Source: an uncultured bacterium
GTDB taxonomy: Bacteria; Chloroflexota; UBA5177; JANWHV01
Direction of reading: 5' to 3'
Assembly: GCA_963729625.1 (NCBI GenBank)
Contig: CAVSOU010000010.1
Coordinates: 1,312,001-1,376,000, forward strand
DNA length: 64,000 nucleotides
The translations under genes were made by a program, and so were the position numbers. Positions 56,405 to 64,000 of this stretch are shown here, piece by piece. Each line of letters opens with the position of its first letter. The stretch's first letter is position 1. The notes below the pieces were generated by a model. It had not been told where the DNA came from, made no database searches, and saw only the letters and a program-made list of their open reading frames with translations.

Positions 56405-58282
56405 CTATGTGTGGCCCGCTCCCGCTCCTTCAGACGGCTGCTCCAGCTGCGGGCCAAGTCCATAAACACGAATGGCGGTGGTCCGTCCCTTGACGTGGAT
56501 ATCGCCGAGTTGAGTGGGAGTGAGTTCTGCTCTGAGCTCGGGAGCCAGTGCGTCGACAACGGCCGCGCTGGCCACGATCGAGAAGCCGGAGTCCTTGGTA
56601 TGGCTCTCCAGGCGTGAGGCAGTGTTGACTGTATCGCCGATCGCCGAGTATTCGCGCTTGGACGGCGCACCCATGACGCCAACAGCCGCCGGACCGTGAT
56701 GCAGTCCGATGCCGACCGCAATCCGCAGGCCGAACGTAGTCGAGAATTCTTCGTTGAGGGCGTGCAGCCGTTGTTGCATTGCCAGCGCAGCGCGAACGGC
56801 CTTGGTTTGAGGCTCTGCGAGGTCGGAAGGCGCTCCAAACAGCGCCATGACGGCGTCTCCCACATATTTGTCGACCGTGCCATCCTGTCGCTGTATTTCT
56901 TCCACCATGGCACTGAAGTAGCGGCTCAAGAGCCGCACGATGGCCTGGGGCGGCAACCCTTCGGAGAGCGTTGTGAAGCCACGGATGTCGGAGAACAGGA
57001 CCGTGATCTCGCGTAGCTCGCCCTCCAGACCAAAGGCGTCGGGATCATCGACGATACGCGATACCACGCCGGGCGCTACATACCGGCCGAAGAGCGAGCG
57101 AAGCTCGCGATGGGCGCGCTGCTCCGTGGAAAACCGCGCCCCAAGCACCGAAAGCGGCGCCAGTACAAGCGCGAGTGTCGGCGAGCTTACGTCGACCCAC
57201 ATGCTGGCTGCCAGGAAAGCCGCTACGCTTGCACCTAACGCGATCACCGTGAGGCAGGCTGTGACCAGCAAGGTTGTCAGAAGCCGGGCGCGAATCGCCC
57301 AAGCGGAGACCAGGATTGCCAAGGGGAAAGTAAGGAGAATCTGCATGGGCGTGCCGGGCCTCCGCAGCGGATCATGTTCCAGAAGGGTGTTAAGGGCGTT
57401 GGCATTCATCTCAATGCCATACATGAGGTCGCTGCCGCCAAGGTTTTGCGCGTCGCCGCTGTCAACAGGCGTTGCGAAATAGTCCTTGTCGGTGCTCAGC
57501 TCATCGCCGATGGCCACGATCGCGCCCTTGACGGCCGCTAGGTTCTGCGTGCCGTTGAGTACCGCGGCGAGCGAATATGTTGGGTACGTGGCGCCCGCAG
57601 GCCCGGCGAAATTGACCAGGAATGTGCCACCGCTCGTAGTCGGGTGCTCGCCGAGAGCGATCGCGGCTGCCAGGGCAAATGACGGCGGCGCACTGCCCGT
57701 AGCAGTTCGCACGGCCTCGATCCAATAGTTGTAGGCGCGATACTGAGCATTTGGGTCGTTGCTGTCCGGAGGCGGGAGGTTGACCACGCCGACTCCGCGC
57801 GCCGCCGCTGCAATGCTGCTTTGGAGCGGTACCAAGCTTATCGAATTCGTGTACATGGTCGAACCGAGCGCAATCTCCTGAGCGAGAATCACGTTGCCGG
57901 CTCGACGAATGGCGCTGCTCAACTGGGCAGTGCCGCTCCGATTGTCTTCGTAGAGACGGTCGACCGCGATGAGCCGTGCGCCGGCCGCGTGCAGGCGGTC
58001 CAGCAGCTGCGCGGTCGCCTCGCGCGACCAGCCGCCAAGCGCCTGGTCGCTGTTTTGGTCATACGCGACGATGATGATTGGGGCTCGCGGCGGATCGAGC
58101 CCAGCCAGGTGCCTCAGCGTAAACAACCGGCTCTGCCATGCAAGGTCCACCGGCTCGAAGGCGCCACGCAAGGCCATGGCGCCGCACACGAAAAGCACTG
58201 CAAGCGCGGCAACCGCACAAGCGATTCGAGTTCTGCGGCGGGCGCGTTGCGCCGCTCCTCTAGGATTTCGCGTCTTCGGCAC
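56405..58282 (-). CDS. CHASE2-domain membrane adenylate cyclase (class III)
   Basis: IIIVAYDQ.S...G.WSR..A.LL..L..AGAR.I..D (CHASE2), D.F.TP, MYGIE..AN, three TM helices; FGRYV, VLFSDIRGFT, DKYVGDAVMA, YSAIGDTVNTASRLES. Confidence 0.92.
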   Translation of the reverse strand: MPKTRNPRGAAQRARRRTRIACAVAALAVLFVCGAMALRGAFEPVDLAWQSRLFTLRHLAGLDPPRAPIIIVAYDQNSDQALGGWSREATAQLLDRLHAAGARLIAVDRLYEDNRSGTAQLSSAIRRAGNVILAQEIALGSTMYTNSISLVPLQSSIAAAARGVGVVNLPPPDSNDPNAQYRAYNYWIEAVRTATGSAPPSFALAAAIALGEHPTTSGGTFLVNFAGPAGATYPTYSLAAVLNGTQNLAAVKGAIVAIGDELSTDKDYFATPVDSGDAQNLGGSDLMYGIEMNANALNTLLEHDPLRRPGTPMQILLTFPLAILVSAWAIRARLLTTLLVTACLTVIALGASVAAFLAASMWVDVSSPTLALVLAPLSVLGARFSTEQRAHRELRSLFGRYVAPGVVSRIVDDPDAFGLEGELREITVLFSDIRGFTTLSEGLPPQAIVRLLSRYFSAMVEEIQRQDGTVDKYVGDAVMALFGAPSDLAEPQTKAVRAALAMQQRLHALNEEFSTTFGLRIAVGIGLHHGPAAVGVMGAPSKREYSAIGDTVNTASRLESHTKDSGFSIVASAAVVDALAPELRAELTPTQLGDIHVKGRTTAIRVYGLGPQLEQPSEGAGAGHT

Positions 58283-58398
58283 GTCTAGTTCCCGCCGCCA
58301 ACAAAACATACAGGGCACGCCGAAGCGCGATTGGAGCCGTCGTACGCTCGCCTTCGACTGCGTCCGTCAGATGACCTGGGCGTGCCCAAGTCGTCGTT

Positions 58399-59772
58399 TC
58401 AGACTGAAGCTGCCACAGCGAGTTCTGTTGAGTGCTGGAAGCCACTCGTTTCTCCCACGGCTGTCACTATGTGTGTGCCGGCCAACTCGATCACCGGAAT
58501 AACAGCCGTAGTACTGAACGTGCCATCAGCAAGCACAGAAGGCAACGTCAATTGTACTCCATCCATTGAAATCAGCACGAGCTCGGAAGCCTGGAAACCG
58601 GTACCGCTGACGGTCACAGTTTGACCAGGAATAACGGCTGAAGGGTTACCCGGCACCAAAGATGTAAATGCAATACGCAACGTAGGCGGCCGAAAAGCCG
58701 GCGCAGTCGCCGTCGGCGTCACTGTCGGCGTCCCAGTCGCGGTCACCCGGGGCGTGAACGCCTGCGTGCCGTGCGCGGTCACTGTTGGCGTGAGCGTCTG
58801 CGTGGCGGCCGCCGGCGCCCTATGGATCGCCGTCGGCGCCTTCGTAGCCGCGCTAACAGGCGGAAACAGGTTCGACGGCAACACGGCCGCCGTGGTGTTC
58901 GGCAGCGCCCTTACCCACGACACGACCTTGCCCACATTCACGTTCTTGGGTGCACTCGGCGGCTGGTTGGCCACCACGGTCGCCTGCTGCCCGGCACGTA
59001 CCAACGTTGATTTCCCACGGTTGGTCACCTGCACGCGCCCCTCCAGCACCGTGACCACAAATGTCCGGCTCTTGGTCGTGTAGCGCACGTCGAACCGCGT
59101 TCCCTTGGTTGCCGCCACCGCCGTGCCCGCCTGTACCAGATGGCTCGTTGCACCGTGCACTACCGCCAGGAACAGCTCCCCGCCGGTGAGTGTTGCGTGC
59201 AGCGGGTCCTTGATCAGCACGTCGGTATTGCTGTTCAGATCTATCAGGGTGCCATCCCGCGCCGCCAGCGAGGCCAGTTGCGCCTGCCCCGTGAGCGCCT
59301 GGTAGTTCCCCAACAGGTCGCTGCCCACCGCGCCCATGTGGGCCCTGGCGTGTGGGACCAAAATACTCATGCCATGCACGATCGCCGCCACCGAGGCCGG
59401 CGGGCCCGGCACGATCGGCACCCCTAGCGTTGCGGCGCGAAACCCCGTCGCCGTGGCCTGCACCGTGGCGATGCCCAGCACGTTGGCGTGCACCATGATG
59501 GTGAGCGTTCCTCGTGCCGCGGTGCCCTGCAGCGTCTTGCCAACCCCGCTGATGCTGATATGCGCAGCGACCGGCTTGTTGCCCGAGCTGGTCACCACGA
59601 TGTGCAGCCGGACGTCGCGTCCCACGTTGATACGATTCGGGGTGACCGTCACGTGCAGGGTGGCCGTCGGCGCCGCGTAGGATCGCGCGGCATCCGCAGG
59701 CAGACCCTGCAATGCAGCCAGCACCGACACGAGTGCGACCAGAAGTACTCGATCGAGACTACGCAAAAGCAC
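58399..59772 (-). CDS. Secreted FecR-domain protein with Thr/Pro linker and C-terminal Ig/IPT-like domain (paralog 4)
   Basis: GGAG then GTG; signal peptide; RDGTLIDLNSNTDV..GELFL..AVAATKGTRFDV..VVTVLEGRVQV; PGQTVTVSGTGF...E.V..DGTFS..G.H.V.A.G. Confidence 0.85.
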   Translation of the reverse strand: MLLRSLDRVLLVALVSVLAALQGLPADAARSYAAPTATLHVTVTPNRINVGRDVRLHIVVTSSGNKPVAAHISISGVGKTLQGTAARGTLTIMVHANVLGIATVQATATGFRAATLGVPIVPGPPASVAAIVHGMSILVPHARAHMGAVGSDLLGNYQALTGQAQLASLAARDGTLIDLNSNTDVLIKDPLHATLTGGELFLAVVHGATSHLVQAGTAVAATKGTRFDVRYTTKSRTFVVTVLEGRVQVTNRGKSTLVRAGQQATVVANQPPSAPKNVNVGKVVSWVRALPNTTAAVLPSNLFPPVSAATKAPTAIHRAPAAATQTLTPTVTAHGTQAFTPRVTATGTPTVTPTATAPAFRPPTLRIAFTSLVPGNPSAVIPGQTVTVSGTGFQASELVLISMDGVQLTLPSVLADGTFSTTAVIPVIELAGTHIVTAVGETSGFQHSTELAVAASV

Positions 59773-59989
59773 TCCGGAGGAAGGGGGGGTTGCAGGCGCC
59801 CAGCCGATAGGACATAATTCACGCTACCTTGTTGCGGTGGTGTCGTCAAGCAGAGTGCCTTCGCGTTCCAGGGTCCGCAAATAGTCGTCTGCCCCTTCAG
59901 ACTCTCTATGTCAGGGGGCTCGCCCACGGCGGTCGACCATCAGATATACGGCCTCCCCTGGGCACCGAGTTGCTCCTTCGGCCAGAATG

Positions 59990-60230
59990 GTTTCAGCTGC
60001 AATGCTCGCGAGTCGATCAAGCTACTGCTGACATTACTGCGCGCTGCCTTCCCTACCTTCAGCACTGCCATCGTCGACCATGCTGCTACGGACAACATGA
60101 TCTTCGGCAGGGCTAGCACTACGGGGACCTTTACAGGTACGGCTACAACGGTTGGTGGTTCACACATTACACCGACGAACCAGTCATTCAGCATTGAGAT
60201 TCACGACCAGTTTCGGTTTGAGCGCCTCTC
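59990..60230 (+). pseudogene. Remnant of a SnoaL-like ester cyclase
   Basis: RAAFPTF...DNMIFGR..TGTFTG...PTNQSF.I..D.FRFE, then similarity is lost; no clear N-terminus. Confidence 0.5.
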
Positions 60231-60287
60231 CGATTACCAGTTGAGCCGGGGCCAGACCCAGCGCTCTGCCGTGACCCTCACCCCAGA

Positions 60288-60415
60288 TCTCAGGCCGGCG
60301 TGGACTTCCCGCCGCACCGCCTCTTCACGCTGGTAGCCGCACAGGAAGATCGTCTTCACGGCCCGGCCCAGTTCGAGGTGCACGGGAAGTGCCGTGCCCG
60401 GGTGAAGAATCGGCA
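60288..60415 (-). mobile_element. Degenerate Tn3-family transposase fragment
   Basis: ELGRAVKTIFLCGYQREEAVRREVHAGL matches the Tn3 TnpA ELGR..KT.FL..Y....LRR.I..GLN segment; a frameshifted R.FTR lies upstream. Confidence 0.7.
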
Positions 60416-60502
60416 CTCGGCCGCAGGCGTGCGCATCCTCGTCCGCCCACCCGTTTGCCGATTATGGCGTGCCCCCCCAACGATGCCGGCTGCTGCCCCT
60501 GG

Positions 60503-60943
60503 TCAGGGTCCCGCGTCGTCTGCCACTCCCTCCTGATCCGCAAGGCGGTTCAGAAACACAGCGGGCGTGACGATAGGTGGCCGGCAACCGGTCAGCCCGG
60601 TGAGATGCGGGTCGCCGGAGACCAGGTAGTCGACGCCCGCCTGTTGCGCCAGCGCGATCAGATAGTCATCGTCCGGATCGGGAGAGAGCGCCAGGGGCGG
60701 GGGACCGTCCGGCTGGATACGGGCGATTGTCCCCACGAGTGCCACGTACCGCCGCGCCTCCTCTGCTGAAAAGTAGCGCCGGAACTTGGCCCGCTGCAAA
60801 ACCTCGTCCAGTTCAGCCAGCACCAGGGGGGAGGCAACAAGCACATAGCGACCGTCAAGAGCGGCCGAGAGCACCCGTCCACACACGCCGTGCGGCGTGA
60901 TTGCGGCGGCGATCAGGACGCCGGGATCGAGGACGGCCTCCAC
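60503..60943 (-). CDS. PIN-domain toxin (VapC-like)
   Basis: AVLDPGVLIAA, L.EL.EVL.R.KF, DPDDDYLIALA....DYLVSGDPHL. Confidence 0.9.
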   Translation of the reverse strand: MEAVLDPGVLIAAAITPHGVCGRVLSAALDGRYVLVASPLVLAELDEVLQRAKFRRYFSAEEARRYVALVGTIARIQPDGPPPLALSPDPDDDYLIALAQQAGVDYLVSGDPHLTGLTGCRPPIVTPAVFLNRLADQEGVADDAGP

Positions 60944-60946
60944 CGG

Positions 60947-61222
60947 CTAGACAGAGGGTCGTGCACGGCGGGCCTCGTGCAGTTCGATGTTTGCCAGGTG
61001 CAGGGCTTCCTCGTCGTCCAGATCGGCACGCGGCGCAACCTGGTCGAGCAGGTTGCGGAGCGCGTCTCGGCTCGTGGGAACGGCAGCCTCGCGCAAATAC
61101 CGGCGCAACGCCTCTTCAAGTACCTCGTATTCATGGCGACCGGTGCTCGCCGCGAACACCTTTGCTGCACGGAGCAGCTCAGGGTCGACGTAGATCGTGG
61201 TCTTCTTGCGGCTACTGTTCAT
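60947..61222 (-). CDS. Ribbon-helix-helix antitoxin
   Basis: KKTTIYVDPELLRAAK..A...G....EVLEEALRRYL; lies directly upstream of the PIN gene. Confidence 0.82.
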   Translation of the reverse strand: MNSSRKKTTIYVDPELLRAAKVFAASTGRHEYEVLEEALRRYLREAAVPTSRDALRNLLDQVAPRADLDDEEALHLANIELHEARRARPSV

Positions 61223-61932
61223 AGCCGATAGTCTAGAGGTTTTCTGTCTTTCGTTCAATACGTACTGCAACACCCTTTGCAAAGTGTTCCCTGCTACATC
61301 GACGTGCGCTACATCCACGTTCACGTCGCCTGCGGTGAGCGATGGCACTGACGGTGTTGGTTCGCCGTTCCAGATGGCTAATTTGCACTTGGCTGCAGCT
61401 TCCGTGACACTGGGCCCTATTCCGTCGCGCACCCTGCAAGGTGACGCCCAGCCGATGCCGATAGTCTCTCGGCAGTTGCGGCCCGTCACATCCGACTAGT
61501 GTTCCTACCGGCGGCAGGCAGGGTTCGGCTCCGCGGCACGAACCTTGCCTGCTGCTGTATGTCCGTGCCGGGCCGGTCGGGGCCACCGCGTGCTGCCCGC
61601 CGTCCGGTGCGCAACTGCGTGCTTCGCTAGGCGTCTCACCCGCGCCATCCAAGGGGGCAGTGGCACTGCGTTGGTCCTCAGGGCCGGCGCTCCAAACATT
61701 CAGCCGAGCAACTGAGGCATCCGTTGGCCTGTACAACCCGAATTCGTAGCCCGGCCACGGGCGCAGGCGCCTTCATCGGTCACGCCTAGATGCGCCATGC
61801 TCTGGCCTGGCAGGCTCAGCACGGTCGCACACAAGCGCCATGACGCTCGGGCGCCTCCAGATCCGTGAAGACGGGCGCGCCGAAGCGCTACCCTGATGGG
61901 CAGCGTGTAGTCGTGAAGCAGAGTGGGCGTCG

Positions 61933-63255
61933 ATGACCGAGCGACCTGGACACGGGCAGAAGCCGTCGCTGATTACGGGTGTGGGCTATGCCCTGCGAGC
62001 GGCCCGCGGGCTCTTCACGCTCAATCTGCCGGTATCGGCCAGGGTCAGACGTGACTTCAAGCTGGATCTGCTGGGCGCCGTCCTGTATGGTGTGTTCAAC
62101 GGCGCCGTCGTGGGGTACATGCTGGTGGTCGCGCGCACGATTGGCGTCAGCCAGACCGGCATCGGCTTCCTCGTGGCCACACCGGCCCTTGGCGCTATAC
62201 TGTCCCTACCGGTGTCGCTCGCCGTCACCGGCGCTCGCTCGCGGCTCTTCCTCCTGCTGACCTTCTACCTTGGCCGCGCCCCGCTGCTGCTGTTGCTGTT
62301 CCTCGCCTCTCCATCTCCCTATCTGGTCGCGGCCTCCACGTTCTTCATCTTCGGCAGCCTCTCGTCGCCGTTCTACGCTGAGGTCATGCAGCATGTGTAC
62401 CCAAGTGAATTCCGCGGACGCCTCATGAGCCTGGTACGCATCGGTACGGGTGTGGCCACCACCCTGTCGTCGCTGGCTGCCGCGTATCTCCTGGGCGCGG
62501 GGAAGGTGTCGTACCAGGTCATGTTTGCCCTGGGTGCCGTGCTGGCACTGGCCGCGACCGTCGTGTTCGCGAGGATCACGCCGGTTCGGCCGCCGCCCCG
62601 GCCGCGACAATCCCTCCGCGACACGTTCGGGATCCTGGTGCGCGACAAGCCGTTTGCGCACTTTCAGCTGGCCCTCTATTGCATGGGCATCGGCAATATC
62701 ATGGCCGGCACGCTCTATCCGCTGGTTATTGTCGACAAGCTCCACGCCGGTTACGGGCCGTTCGGCGTGCTCGCGGTGATTACGTCGCTGGGCTATCTCG
62801 TGTCCTGGCTCGGTTGGGGTCGCGTCGTCGATCGGGCCGGCCCGGTGCCGACCATCCTGCTGGCCCAGGTATTCAATCTGGCACTGCCCGCCGGGATGCT
62901 GGTGGCCCCCAGCGTCTACTGGCTCGCTCCCGCCATGTTCTTGAATGGCGTCTCCAACGCCGGTTTCGAAATCGGGCCTTTTGCCTCGTCCATACACTTC
63001 AGCGCAGCAACACCCCAGGAAGTGCCCAGGTATATGGCGCTGCATTCACTGCTGTACGGCACGCGCGGACTGGCCTGTCCGTTCATCGCCACGCTGTTGC
63101 TCGCCGGCAATCGATTCACGTTGTCGATCGGCACGTCGTTGGTGATGGCGGTCGCCGGTGCCGTCCTGATGGGGCGCCTCTTTGCGATTGCGCGGCATAC
63201 GGATCGGGCTCGACAGGAGACCAACGGCCGAGAGCAGTGGAACACTGGGGCGTGA
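61933..63255 (+). CDS. MFS transporter
   Basis: About 12 TM segments; YP.EFRGRL, WGRVVDR.G motifs. Confidence 0.85.
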   Translation: MTERPGHGQKPSLITGVGYALRAARGLFTLNLPVSARVRRDFKLDLLGAVLYGVFNGAVVGYMLVVARTIGVSQTGIGFLVATPALGAILSLPVSLAVTGARSRLFLLLTFYLGRAPLLLLLFLASPSPYLVAASTFFIFGSLSSPFYAEVMQHVYPSEFRGRLMSLVRIGTGVATTLSSLAAAYLLGAGKVSYQVMFALGAVLALAATVVFARITPVRPPPRPRQSLRDTFGILVRDKPFAHFQLALYCMGIGNIMAGTLYPLVIVDKLHAGYGPFGVLAVITSLGYLVSWLGWGRVVDRAGPVPTILLAQVFNLALPAGMLVAPSVYWLAPAMFLNGVSNAGFEIGPFASSIHFSAATPQEVPRYMALHSLLYGTRGLACPFIATLLLAGNRFTLSIGTSLVMAVAGAVLMGRLFAIARHTDRARQETNGREQWNTGA

Positions 63256-63515
63256 TCGACAATCTTGTCCTGCTGCTCGAGCTCCAGGGTTTCGATCCTA
63301 CCAAGCCTCCCTTTACTAATCCGAAGAATCTTCCTACGTACCCTGTCGGCCTCTAGCGCTGAACGTCGAACGACCTCATCGGCAGCCTGATCGGTGCCGT
63401 TACCGCCGGGCAAGCCCAAGAGCGACTCGCCCGGCATGGTCTTTCCCGGGACAGCCATGTAACGCGTTGGCCAGGACCTCCGGCTTTCTACCAGCTAGGT
63501 TGCCGGGCGATCCGC

Positions 63516-64000
63516 CTAGGCAGGCATCGAAGCCAGGCGATCCGTCCCCGTTTCATGGGCCTGCTTCGGCGCCGGGAGCAGCACGAAAGTAAGCAGAACG
63601 CCCACTGCCAGCACAATTGCCGAGCCCGCGAAAGCGTAGTGATAGCCATCGATCCGCGCTGAGGCAGTGGATATCCAGTATGCCGGCAGTGGAAACTGCC
63701 CCACCTGGACATGATTCGCGGTGATGACATGATTGAAGCGCGTGGTGGACACCGTGACCAGGGCGGCTAAACCGACTGCGCCGCCAACCTGCTGCGACGC
63801 GTTGATCAGGCCGGAAGCCAGGCCAATCTCCTTCGGATCGACTCCCGCTACCGCGGCAATTGGCAATGGCACAAAGATGCAGCCCAGTCCTACCGCCACG
63901 ATCAGCATGCCGGGGATGAGGTTCAGGCCGTACGAGCCGTTCACCGGGAGGGCGAGGAACAGCAGCAGGCCGATGGTGGTCAAGGCCATGCCGATGGCGA
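63516..64000 (-). CDS. DHA2-type MFS efflux transporter, C-terminal part (start outside the window)
   Basis: PGMLIVAVGLG, AVAGV...GLASGLINASQQVGGAVGLA, DGYH.AF. Confidence 0.85.
   Translation of the reverse strand, partial: AIGMALTTIGLLLFLALPVNGSYGLNLIPGMLIVAVGLGCIFVPLPIAAVAGVDPKEIGLASGLINASQQVGGAVGLAALVTVSTTRFNHVITANHVQVGQFPLPAYWISTASARIDGYHYAFAGSAIVLAVGVLLTFVLLPAPKQAHETGTDRLASMPA

Noticed and set aside
61390-61450. DGIGPSVTEAA on the minus strand, resembling an isocitrate/isopropylmalate dehydrogenase N-terminus
   Set aside because: Only about 11 residues with no continuation; cannot be distinguished from chance.
63252-63356. 34-codon GTG ORF overlapping the MFS stop
   Set aside because: Too short and has no recognisable motif.

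Overview
GC-rich bacterial DNA, Chloroflexota-like by gene content (inference), with no core housekeeping genes, rRNA or CRISPR array. From left to right: (i) a partial mannonate-dehydratase-type enolase and gene remnants; (ii) a signalling block with a PAS-adenylate cyclase, a Ser/Thr kinase with a BNR propeller, a probable Kelch pseudokinase, a His-rich secreted protein, and a PAS plus MBL hydrolase pair; (iii) four paralogous secreted FecR-domain proteins scattered through the window, three with four ~180-aa beta-helix units (one with near-perfect 543-bp repeats) and one upstream of a CHASE2 adenylate cyclase; (iv) a ~33-kb locus (22.3-55.0 kb) that is the main candidate for an undescribed system. 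It joins a sigma-less partner-switching operon (AGE-like epimerase, STAS, GlgX, STAS, PP2C, RsbW-like kinase, MinD-like ATPase) and two sensors sharing one non-enzymatic HAMP/coiled-coil tail to an enzyme cluster without PKS or NRPS (3 DJ-1/PfpI, a ThDP enzyme, 7 SnoaL/NTF2 genes, an aldolase, an atypical Mo-hydroxylase with XdhC/MocA, GMC, VOC, GNAT and an Npt-like transporter); (v) a decayed right end with a Tn3 remnant, a PIN toxin-antitoxin pair and two MFS transporters. All family calls come from reading motifs by eye; no searches were run.
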